A stretch of 64,000 nucleotides of DNA from Eledone cirrhosa. Taxonomy: Eukaryota. This document shows, one piece after another, positions 12,333 to 23,380 of this stretch (positions are counted from its first letter, which is position 1; each line of letters begins with the position of its first letter). Under the pieces are notes generated by a model. It had not been told where the DNA came from and did no database searches. It saw only the letters and a program-made list of their open reading frames with translations. Location: assembly GCA_964016885.1 (NCBI GenBank), contig OZ024758.1:15190001-15254000 (forward strand), read 5' to 3'. The translations under genes and the position numbers were made by a program.

Positions 12333-12669
12333 GGAGGCACATGGCTTAGTGGTTAGAGCATTGGCCTTGCAATCGAAAGGTTGTGAGTTCAATTCTCAGA
12401 CCGGGTGATGTGTTGTTTCCTTGAGCAAGACACTTTATTTCACATTGCTCCAGTTTACTCAGCTGTAGAAATGAGATGATAGGGACTGGGGTCCCTATCA
12501 TTCCACTGCAAAGTGGTCGTGGAGGTGCCACGGAAAAAAAGCACCCAGCACTCACTGTAAATGAGGTTGGTGTTAGGAAGGGCATCCAGCTGTAGAAATC
12601 AAGCCAGAATCAGTTCCCGTCCCACCCTTGCAAGCAGGGAAAAGCGGACGTAAAATGAAATGATGATGA

Positions 12670-12672
<3 letters not shown>
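12333..12672 (+). mobile_element. SINE family B, full length
   Basis: GGAGGCACATGGCTTAGTGG... to GCGGACGTAAAATGAAA(TGA)n; near-identical copies at 15917-16318, 23797-24172, 37822-38163, 44045-44380(-), 52881-53315. Confidence 0.92.
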
Positions 12673-12710
<38 letters not shown>

Positions 12711-12931
12711 TATCCGGGTCTCTTTATATCATTTATTTTGTTTGACCTGTTTCGCTTGACTTGTTTTTTGGCTTAGGTGGTTAATGTCTTCTTGACCACT
12801 TTTCAGTTTGTATGGCGTTTTAACATATTGTTTAACTCTAGTTTTTCTTAACAATATTGGGGCGCTTGCCAGTATTTCTACGATTTTGCGTGTCATTTCG
12901 CTTTTTTTACTGGTTGAAATACGATTCTCGC

Positions 12932-12997
<66 letters not shown>

Positions 12998-13505
12998 TAC
13001 ATAGATATATATAGATATATAAAGAGAAATTTAATCATTCCAATACTGTATTTAACTTGGTATTTGTTTTAGTTTACAAGTTTAAAACAAAGTACTTAGT
13101 GTTTTGTGTGTTTTTTGTGGGGGTGTGGTGTGGTGGTGTGTTTTTGTGTGGGTGTGTTTGTTTGTTTGTTTCTGTGTAGTGCCAAACAGTAACAGCACGG
13201 ATCAGCCAACATATATGATACTATGTAAATTTTTCTCCAATGAAAATCTCGCTTGCCAGAAATGAACATGATCAGTTTTAAGCTTCGTGTCAAAATTAAA
13301 GCTTTGTTTCCTCTCCCAATTTAAGATTTCCACTTACACACACACACACATATAGATTGGATGGTTTGTGTGTGTGTGTGTGTGTGTGTTAACTGGCATG
13401 AATTGTGGATTAAGCCGTGTGAAATAAATCTCCAAGCACTGCACACTACACACACTTAAGTCATAAGTGTTTATTGAGCACGTTTCAATTTTTGTACTTA
13501 ATGTG

Positions 13506-13745
13506 CACATACTCATTGACATACACATACTCATTGACATACACATGCTCATTGACATACACATGCTCATTGACATACACATGCTCATTGACATACACAT
13601 GCTCATTGACATACACATACTCATTGACATACACATACTCATTGACATACACATGCTCATTGACATACACATGCTCATTGACATACACATGCTCATTGAC
13701 ATACACATGCTCATTGACATACACATGCTCATTGACACACATGCA
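13506..13745. repeat. 18-bp minisatellite
   Basis: (CTCATTGACATACACAT[A/G]) x ~13. Confidence 0.95.
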
Positions 13746-13793
13746 AACACTCTCTCTCCCTCCTATCTCCTATATATACACACATACTTATTT

Positions 13794-13857
<64 letters not shown>

Positions 13858-15450
13858 ATGCATTCTCTTATTCACACGCATGAGAACTTCCCACTTCAAA
13901 AATGTGACAGATGCCAATGTAGTCTCTGGTATACAAAGTGATCGTCATGGCTGGAATGCTTTTGATCATTGGATTAACCCTTTACCATTCACATTACTCT
14001 ATATATATATACTATTATATTTTCATGGTAAGGGCTTTACTTCACATAATTATCTCACATAATATCGAATCTATGAGATTTTGAATGTATTTATTTTGAG
14101 AACAATACCTTAACATCAGTTTGAGCAGCTGGTTACAGCCAGTTTCAACAGAAAAAGGGTGAGAATTCTGGCCGGTTTTGGCCAGTTTGAACATTAAAGG
14201 TTTAAACAACAATTATTCACATATAGTAATACAAACTATTACGCATGCACACACTCTCTCTCTCTATCTCTCTCTCTTCTCTTTCTTTTTCTTTTCTCTC
14301 TTTCTTTCTCTCTCTCTCTCTCTGGTTTAAAAAGACACAATTAGATAATGTAGTTTCTGATATATATATATATATTTATATATATATATATATACAGAAC
14401 TATACATAGGTTCTGATGTATAAAGAGACATATATATACATTCTGGTGTATAAGACCTATATATATATACATTCTGATGTATAAAAATATCTAAACATTC
14501 ATTCTGGTGTATAAAAGCTTTGTATCATAGAACCAGGGGCAATATCAGACAGTTTGGTATCAAATGGATAACATGTCCATCCTTTTTCTTTTATTTTTTA
14601 TGCAAGCTGTTTATTAGGCCAACGAAGAGTATGTCTTAATATTTCTTCATTTACGTACAAAAACCACAATATATTTTGTTGAATTTACCAAGATATTTAT
14701 TGCAAAATGTACATAAACACACTAATTTTGCTATAATTTTGAAATGAGTTCCATAAAATCTACTTCAAGGAAACTCGTTATTCTAAAACAGTTCCATAAC
14801 TTTATCTATGAAAGTGTCAAACCTTCAATTATATATAAAATACTTTTTTTTATCATGCAAGCCTTTACCTGCAAGCAACAATTATGTGAATTGCATAACA
14901 AATTATGATACCAAAACATTAAATGGTCTGCCAATAGCTATTAAGATATTTCAATCCACTTTGGACTTTACAATTAAATTTAAAAAGTTTCCTTTACTTT
15001 GTTTAGAAGACTATTTGCTGATTCTAACTTGTACAGCTTATCTATAGTTCTGGAGGCAATCTCGAGCTAGATGACAGCGATAATTGTTCACTATAATATT
15101 TAATCAACATCATCATCAGGTCGAGCTTGCTCGGCTTATTTAATCATTACCATCATATTTCCAAATCAAACATGCTGTTAAGTCGTTCTGTGTAGTTGTT
15201 AGTTCATAGCATATCATCATCATCATCATCATAGTTTTACGTCTATCTTCCACACTAGCATGGGTTAGATGGGAATTGTCCCATTTGAGGCAAGATTAAT
15301 CGGGTGACTGTGTCTTGCTCGTATAGAACTGTATCTGGCAGGTTTTCTATGGCTGGATGCTCTTCCTAACACCAACCACATTTACAGTGTGGACTGGGAG
15401 CATTTTTACCGTGTTTTTTTGTTGTGACACCTACAAGATATATATATATA

Positions 15451-15875
15451 TACGATATTAAACAAATGGAAACTATATTTATATTTATAAAACCATATTT
15501 ATTTTGTTATATATATTTCTGGGATATCATATTAAAAATATGTTATGCCTTCCTCAGACAAAATACAATACATAAGCTGTTTTATAAATAATTAGTGACA
15601 TACCTTGTGATAATGCAACTTCCTTTTAAAAAGTTGATTTTTTTTTTAAAAGGAAGTTGCATTATCACAAGGTATGTCACTAATTATTTATAAAACAGCT
15701 TATGTATTGTATTTTGTCTGAGGAAGGCATAACATATTTTTAATATGATATCCCAGAAATAAATATAGTTTCCATTTGTTTAATATCGTAAACCTACTCC
15801 AGAAACTGTTGAGTGCTTTTATATCAGTTATAAAATATTTACTCGTTGTAACCCAACAATCTTAAATAAAACTTT

Positions 15876-15879
<4 letters not shown>
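15451..15879. mobile_element. Fold-back Penelope-like element with hammerhead
   Basis: Inverted arms ~15451-15632 and 15642-15790, unique tail 15791-15879, (TA)n on both sides. Confidence 0.8.
15501..15564 (-). ncRNA. Type I hammerhead ribozyme
   Basis: Reverse complement: ATTTTGT-CTGAGGA-aGGcATAaCATATT-ttt-AATATGaTATcCCa-GAA-ATATATAT-A-ACAAAAT; 7-bp stem I, palindromic stem III, AUA triplet. Confidence 0.75.
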
Positions 15880-15915
<36 letters not shown>

Positions 15916-15916
15916 T

Positions 15917-16318
15917 GAAGGTACATGGCTTAGTGGTTAGAGCATTGGGCTTCCAATCGAAAGGTTGGGAGTTTATTTCTCGGACTGAGTGATGTGTTGT
16001 TTCCTTGAGCAAGACACTTTATTTCACATTGCTCCAGTTTACTCAGATGTAGAAATGAGATAGTGGAATGATAGGGACTCGGGTCCCTATCATTCCACTG
16101 CAAAGTGGTCGTGGAGGTGCCATGGCTAAAAAAAGCACCCAGCACTCACTGTAAATGAGGTTGGTGTTAGGAAGGGCATCCAGCTGTAGAAATCGAGCCA
16201 GAATCAGTTCCCGTATGAGCAAGACAAGGTCAGCCGACTGGACACTGCCCACAACAGGACAACCCGTCTAACCCATGCTAGTGTGGAAGAAGGGACGTAA
16301 AACGACGATGATGATGAT
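15917..16318 (+). mobile_element. SINE family B with an alternative, longer RTE-like 3' end
   Basis: Same head and centre as the 12333 copy but ends ..ACCCATGCTAGTGTGGAAGAAGGGACGTAAAACGAC(GAT)n. Confidence 0.85.
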
Positions 16319-16331
16319 ATATATCTTTTGT

Positions 16332-16436
16332 CGCATCACCAGTCTGAGGAGCAGATCGATACTGGAATCGACTCCATAATTCCTATGGGTTACCTTGAGC
16401 CAATCCTCTGTGAAATCTGCGTAACAGGTCGATGCG
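16332..16436 (+). ncRNA. Hammerhead ribozyme motif with extended stem II
   Basis: Stem I CGCATC-A-CC-a-GT pairs with AC-a-GG-T-c-GATGCG; CTGAGGA 16344-16350; stem II base GCAGA/TCTGT; GAAA 16412-16415; GUA triplet at 16421-16423; stem III weak. Confidence 0.6.
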
Positions 16437-17079
16437 CAATAAATATTTATAAATATTCATAAATAAACGAAACTTCCTTGTTTTTTCTATTTTATATATA
16501 TATATATTTATTTTATATATATATATATTTTTTTAAATTTTATTTCTATTATATATATATCATCATCATCGTTTAACGTCCGTGTTCCACGCTTGCATGG
16601 GTTTGGACGGGGGTTTTCCCACTTGAGGCAAGAGTGGTTGTCTTGCTTGCATAGGACTGTCTGGCGGGTTTTCTACAGCTGGATGCCCTTCCTAACACCA
16701 ACCACATTTATATATTATTTCTAAATCCTGCCGAAGTTAACTTTGCCTTTCATCCTTACGGGGTCGATAAAATAAAGTACCAGTAATGCACTGGATAATT
16801 GCTGGCCTTGTGCCTAAAGTAGAAACAATTATTTCTATTATATATATATATATATATATTTATTATTTCTATTATATATAGAGGGCGGTGGATTGGCAGT
16901 ATCAGTAGAGGGTCGGACGCCATGCTTTGACGCATAGTTACGTCCCTTGCCATTCTGAGTTCAAATCCCGCCAAGGTTAACTTTGCCTTTCATCCTCATG
17001 GGGGTCGATGAAATAAAGTACCAGTAATGCACTGGGTAATTGCTGGCCTTGTGCCAAAAGTAGAAACAATTATTTCTAT

Positions 17080-17109
<30 letters not shown>

Positions 17110-17110
<1 letters not shown>

Positions 17111-17484
17111 TTAGGGATTGTAACATCTAGTTACTGTAGGTTCACGAGACTGAGCACCTGATGCATAGTTTCCACTTGGTATATTGGTGTAGTACTAAGT
17201 AGAGTGTAATGCTACTAATAAAAAGGACGAAGTGTTAAATCTTCATTACGTTTATTGAGGTGTGATGGGCGTTTCGTGATCGATCTGGCCCAACTCTGGA
17301 ATCAAAAGCTCGTCGGACTAAGAGAATCCTTCTGTCATTACCATAACTGAAGTCTGACGAGCTTTTGATTCTAGAGTATGGCCAGATCGATACAGTTCGA
17401 ACCTTGAGCTGATCAATTGTGAAACATGTGTCACACCTCAATAAACATAATGAAGACATATAACACTTCACCCTTTTTATTATT
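17110..17484. mobile_element. Diverged fold-back element with degenerate hammerhead, related to 16332-16445
   Basis: Arms ~17216-17319 and 17351-17482; CTGACGA 17354-60 ... GAAACATGTGTC 17421-32; shares CAGATCGATAC, ACCTTGAGC, GTGAAA and AATAAA in order with the 16.3-kb motif. Confidence 0.6.
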
Positions 17485-17624
17485 AGTGTGTGAGTGAGTG
17501 TCTGTGTGTATGTATATATATATATATATATATGGAGCGATGCTGTGCTGAATAAGACCCGTCCCACCCTTGCAAGCAGGGAAAAGCGGACGTAAAATGA
17601 TGATGATGATGATATAAAACCTGT

Positions 17625-18043
17625 CAAAGGGCAAAAGAGTCAATGGCCATCCAAAATCACCGGGAGGGATGACCCCTTAGCCTTTGTCAAGGCAGAATTC
17701 TAGGAGAAGGAAAACTCTGATATAACACCTGCAACCCTGATGGTATCCAATGATGTTGATTTGTTCTTCTTTTTGGTAAATATCATCTTGGTTTAGAGAG
17801 TGGGACTGGCTTTGTGCAGTGCCTTTGCTCACTATAAAAGCTTCACGGCACAGGCATTGCTTTATATCTGGAGATCTCTGCACTTGTCGTCACATGGTAC
17901 CATGGGCCCAGCACTATGTGTCAGTAATTGTCACAGGTGTAGTGTTTGTAGCAGAGTTTTCAAGTCGTTCAGCGCATCGGTAGGGGTTCTCCTACATGGA
18001 TATAAAGTAGTGGCCGTACTCGAAAACGAGTTGGCAGCCACCA
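17625..18043. mobile_element. Unclassified ~420-bp interspersed repeat, copy 1
   Basis: Highly similar to 27994-28360 in the opposite orientation; both share the end GAGTTGGCAGCCACCAT next to a microsatellite. Confidence 0.75.
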
Positions 18044-18059
18044 TATATATATATATATT

Positions 18060-18184
18060 TATTAAAATAACAGATTAAAGTTTAAGTAAAGAATTGCTGC
18101 TTTCACCCTTAACGAGTTTCAGAAGATCCCGTTAAGGGTGAAAGCAGCGATTCTTTGCTTAAACTTTAATCTGTTATTTTAATA
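18060..18184. mobile_element. Short fold-back element with degenerate hammerhead core
   Basis: ~55-bp inverted arms between TA tracts; CAGAAGA-TCCC-gttaa-GGGT-GAAA; a single-arm copy lies at 55352-55420. Confidence 0.6.
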
Positions 18185-18199
18185 TAGTTTTATATATTT

Positions 18200-18240
<41 letters not shown>

Positions 18241-18314
18241 CCTTATCGAACCCCTTTGGATTTTAGTCTTCACATTTATTATTATTACTATATATATATA
18301 TATATATATATATA

Positions 18315-18349
<35 letters not shown>

Positions 18350-18420
18350 TGATGATAGATATATATATATGTGATGATGATGATGATTATATATATAAAT
18401 ATATATATATATATAATGAT

Positions 18421-18452
<32 letters not shown>

Positions 18453-19126
18453 ATGATTATATATATATATATATATGATGATGATTATATATATAAATAT
18501 ATATATGATGATGATTATATATATAAATATATATATATATATGATGATGATGATGATGATGATGATGATATATATATATATATATATATATATATCGTGT
18601 GGGAGTCCCAGGTTCAATTGAGGGGAACCAGAATAAGTAAGGTACTCAATACATTAGTAGAATGTATACAAAAAATTTAATATAGAAAAGGTATGTTGTC
18701 TGACGCTCTACCGATACTGCCAATTCACCGCCTATGTATGAAATAATATTAACGAGCTGTATTTTAAATAAAATTAATGAACTCTATATGAAATATTATT
18801 AATGAAGTAAGTCTTTTAAGTTTTTTAAAAAATCAATCTTTAGAAATTTCATTTTGCAGTTATTTCATAATTTTATATTAGAATTCAATAAACATTTTAC
18901 TGCTTTGAAGAAAATCAATAGCTGATTATTGATTAATTAATTGACCTTCTAAATCTTGTTAAACATCCTGTTGACATTTCAATACAGTTTTTGGTTTTAT
19001 TTTGGTTTTATTTTGGTTTTATTTTCCAAAATCATGGCAATACTTGTTTACTTCCATCTTGAGTTAAATTTGTGGCTTGTTGAAGTTAAGAAAAACCTAA
19101 GTATTTTTGACAGTAATTGCTTAACA

Positions 19127-19623
19127 TCATGTATGCATGCATACATACATACATACATACATACATACATAGATACATAGATACATAGATACATAGATAC
19201 ATAGATACATAGATAGATACATACATAGATACATAGATACATACATACATACATATACACACACATACATACATATACACACACATACATACATATACAT
19301 ACATATACACACACATACATGTATTCATTGTGTGTATGTAGGTGTGTGTGCATATGTATGTAGGTGTGTGTGCGTATGTATGTATGTATATGTATGTATG
19401 CATGCATGCGTATGTATGTATGTATGCGTGTGTATGCTTGTGATGTATGTACGCTTGTGTGTGTATGCATGCATGCGTGTGCATGTATGCATGCGTGTGT
19501 ATGTATGCACGTATATGTATTTATATATGCATGTGTGTATATATATGTGTGTTTGTATAAGTATATATATAAATGTGTGTGTGTGTGTGTTTATAATCTG
19601 TCTATTTATTTGTGTGTATATAT

Positions 19624-19669
<46 letters not shown>

Positions 19670-19690
19670 TCACACACATATACACAGGTA
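19127..19690. repeat. (TACA)/(TAGATACA)/(TG) compound microsatellite
   Basis: Directly visible. Confidence 0.9.
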
Positions 19691-19921
19691 ATAAGAAAGT
19701 TTGATTCAGTGTAACTATGCTGTGGACAGTTATTTGTTTGTGAAATTATCTGCAAATTAAAAAAAAAGAATTTGATCTTTTTAAAACAGTCTTTTGTTTT
19801 TAGTTTAAATTTAAAGTAGGAAATAATGCAGAGTTTTTCTAAATTTAGTTTTAAACATTATCTAGTTCTATAAACTGATAGAATTTCTTTTTATGACTGT
19901 CAAGACATTTATATATATTTG

Positions 19922-19959
<38 letters not shown>

Positions 19960-20106
19960 GTTTCTACTTTTGGCACAAGGCCAGCAATTATCCAGTACAT
20001 TACTGGTACTTTATTTTATCGACCCCGTAGGGATGAAAGGCAAAGTTAACCTATATATATATACATATAATGACTACATATCAAATTATGTGTGTGTGTG
20101 TGTGTT

Positions 20107-20147
<41 letters not shown>

Positions 20148-20477
20148 CTATGCGAGCAAGACAATCACTCTTGCCTCAAGTGGGAAAACCCCCGTCCAAA
20201 CCCATGCAAGCGTGGAACACGGACCTTAAACGTTGATGATGATGATGACTACATATCAAATTATATCTGTGTAGCCATCCGCCTGAGGCCATGCTGGGGC
20301 ACCGCCCTTGTATGTATGTATGTATGTGTGTGTGTGTGTGATCGTTTTCCACACTAGCATGGGTTAGACGAGTTGTCCTGTTGTAGGCAATGCTAGGTCA
20401 GGCGACCATGTCTTGCTCATACTGAACTGATTTTGGCTTGGTTTCTACAGCTGGCTGCCCTTCCTAATGCCAACTAG

Positions 20478-21160
20478 TACTATATCCATTTGAATATAAA
20501 GTACCAAGTTAGACTATATATCCACTACTATATCCATTTGAATATAAAGTACCAAGTTAGACTATATATCCACTACTATATCCATTTGAATATAAAGTAC
20601 CAAGTTAGACTATATATCCACTACTATATCCATTTGAATATAAAGTACCAAGTTAGACTATATATCCACTACTATATCCATTTGAATATAAAGTACCAAG
20701 TTAGACTATATATCCACTACTATATCCATTTGAATATAAAGTACCAAGTTAGACTATATATCCACTACTATATCCATTTGAATATAAAGTACCAAGTTAG
20801 ACTATATATCCACTACTATATCCATTTGAATATAAAGTACCAAGTTAGACTATATATCCACTACTATATCCATTTGAATATAAAGTACCAAGTTAGACTA
20901 TATATCCACTACTATATCCATTTGAATATAAAGTACCAAGTTAGACTATATATCCACTACTATATCCATTTGAATATAAAGTACCAAGTTAGACTATAAA
21001 CCCAGTACTAAATCCATTTGAATATAAAGTTCCAAGTTAGACTATAAACCCAGTACTAAATCCATTTGAATATAAAGTACCAAGTTAGACTATATATCCA
21101 CTACTATATCCATTTGAATATAAAGTTCCAAGTTAGACTATAAATCCAGTACTATATACA
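20478..21160. repeat. 48-bp minisatellite, ~14 copies
   Basis: Unit TGAATATAAAGTACCAAGTTAGACTATATATCCACTACTATATCCATT; the first ~10 copies are identical. Confidence 0.97.
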
Positions 21161-22289
21161 TGTTTATACTGATAAGAATTTAATCAGAGTAAAAGGATTT
21201 TTATTTTATTTTTACGTACACAAGTCTTGCTTCTTCATTAGACATTTTTCTAATTTTCTTTATTCGATAAACATACATATAATTTTTTATAACAAAAAAA
21301 AAACTCTATACAATGAGTTGTTTGTTTGTTTCTCAACAAGATGTCCATTTTCCATTTCAAAAGCAATTTTATTTATTAGATTTTATTATATGTGTGCAAA
21401 TAGAGTAATGCCATTTGCATTATAAACTTATCTCTGGCCTTACAATTAACCTTTTCATTTCTGTGGTAAGATTGCATTTCTGTGGTAAGAAACTCTCAGG
21501 AGAACTGGACAGTAGGTCTTCAGACAAGAAACCCCCATCAAGTGAGTGTTTCGGCCCATAACTTCTTACTCTAAGGGGGCCAGGCCACATCCAGGCCATG
21601 ACACCTGGGAGCCCGTCTACTGACATTTACCCATTCGGAAATCAGAGACTTGTTTATTTAAACCCGTATGGAGATTATGTTGACAGGATCTAGCTGTAAC
21701 TACTTTCGGTTGCCTCTGCTGTGAATTGGCAGTATCAGCAGAGGGTCGGATGCCATGCTTTGCAGCATAGTTATGGCCCTTTACATTGAGTTCAAATCCC
21801 GCCGAGGTTAACTTTGCCTTTCATCCTTACGGGGTCGATAAAATAAAAAGCACCAGTAATGCACTGGGATAATTGCTGACCTTGTACCAAAAGTAGAACA
21901 ATTAATACTCTATTTTAATTAATTATTGAAGGATTTTGAGGGATTTATTGAAATTATTTCATTACTAAGATAGTAACTTAATATAAGGTTCTTATATAAG
22001 ATTATGTTGGAAGATAAATATGAAACTTTTAAAATGGTTGGTTTTATTTCATAGAACCAGAGCCAGTTTTGGCCGGATTAGTAACTAAGATAGTATTTTA
22101 ATGTAAGGTTCTTGTATAAAATTATTTTGGAAGATTTTAATTTAAATTGAATACTTTTAAAATGAGTTGCTTTATTTCATAGAAGCAGACCCAGTTTTGG
22201 CCGGGTTGGTAACAAAAAGTTTTTAAAAAGGCATATTTGTTTTAAGTACTTATTTGAACTTGTGTTGGTGTTCCCTCAAGATGGGTTGA

Positions 22290-22740
22290 GCCAGCTTCAA
22301 CCACTGAACCCACAGCCTTATGTACAGAGATCACCTTTTCCCATACATGATGGTCATTGACCACTGGCATGGAAGCAACCATTTCCAACTGATCCAGCTG
22401 GATCCCCAAATGAGACCAGCTAAGCTCATGGATGTTATCTAACCATCTTGCTCAGGGTCTACTCCTGGGTCTCCTGCCTGTTGATTTTGCCTGTAAAATC
22501 TGTCCAGCGATTCTTTCCTGAGACATTCTAACCACATGCCCATAGTATCGGAGCTGTGATCTCTCAATTCAGAGAAGTAGCAGCTCTACCTGGAGTGATT
22601 CTCTGATCTCCAAGCTACAAATCTGTCCAGCAATTCTTTTCTAAGATATTTTAACCATATGCCCATTGTATTAGAACTCTCTCAATTCAGCGAAGTAGCA
22701 GCTTTACCTGGTGTGACTCTCTGATCTCCAAGCTACGCAC
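22290..22740 (-). mobile_element. RTE-like LINE ORF C-terminal remnant with an internal duplication
   Basis: Minus strand IERSQLRYYGHVVRMSQERIAGQILQAKSTGRRPRSRP*ARWLDNI; same family as 59480-59782. Confidence 0.8.
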
Positions 22741-23052
22741 TTTATCAAGTAACATTACTAAGAAATACATTTACTTTCTTTTAATGTCTCTCTTTGAAGA
22801 TATCTTTCTCTACTCATAGTACCTCTCATGTTTACTTCCTGCACAAAACTATTTTAAATATGTTTTCTAGAATTCTTCAGTTCTAAGATGATGACAATAT
22901 TTCTGAGGTAAACATACAATTATGTTTGTGATTATGATTAGAAAATGACCCATGTTCCATTTATTTTCCTTATCTCTGATGAAAATATTAATCATTTGGG
23001 TTATAATTGGGAAATAATTGTTACAAAACAATTTATAAATTACTACAATATA

Positions 23053-23380
23053 TTATTATTATCCTCATTATCATCATCATTATCATCACCATCATTATCA
23101 TCATCACTATTATTATCACCATTATCATCACTATTATCACCATCATCATTACCATTATCACCATCACCATCATCATTATCATTATCATCATCATCATTAT
23201 CATCATCATTATCATCATTATCACCATCATCATTATCATTATCATCACCATCATCATCACCATCATCACCATCATCACCATTATCATCATCATTATCATC
23301 TCCATCACCACAATCATAATTATCATTAATATCATCATCATCGTCATCGTCATCGTCATCATCATCATCATCATCATCAT
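23053..23380. repeat. (ATC/ATT/ACC)n trinucleotide microsatellite
   Basis: Directly visible. Confidence 0.95.

Noticed and set aside
12333-12405. tRNA genes at SINE heads
   Set aside because: A and B boxes are present but the cloverleaf is incomplete, and each head continues into a SINE body repeated many times
12346-12585. Recurring ORF ..LQLSKLEQCEIKCLAQGNNTSPGLRIELTTFRLQGQCSNH (also 5010, 15930, 23810, 37835, 44127, 52893)
   Set aside because: Antisense translation of SINE family B, not a gene family
12714-12935. Possible further hammerhead on the minus strand (GCGAAACAGGTC) between TA tracts
   Set aside because: No CUGANGA at a suitable distance and no convincing stems; may be a decayed member but cannot be supported
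20490-20999. 169-aa repetitive ORF
   Set aside because: Product of the 48-bp minisatellite, with no synonymous variation between units
21490-21548. Possible small exon ending at a GTGAGT donor
   Set aside because: Weak acceptor, unrecognisable peptide and no partner exons found
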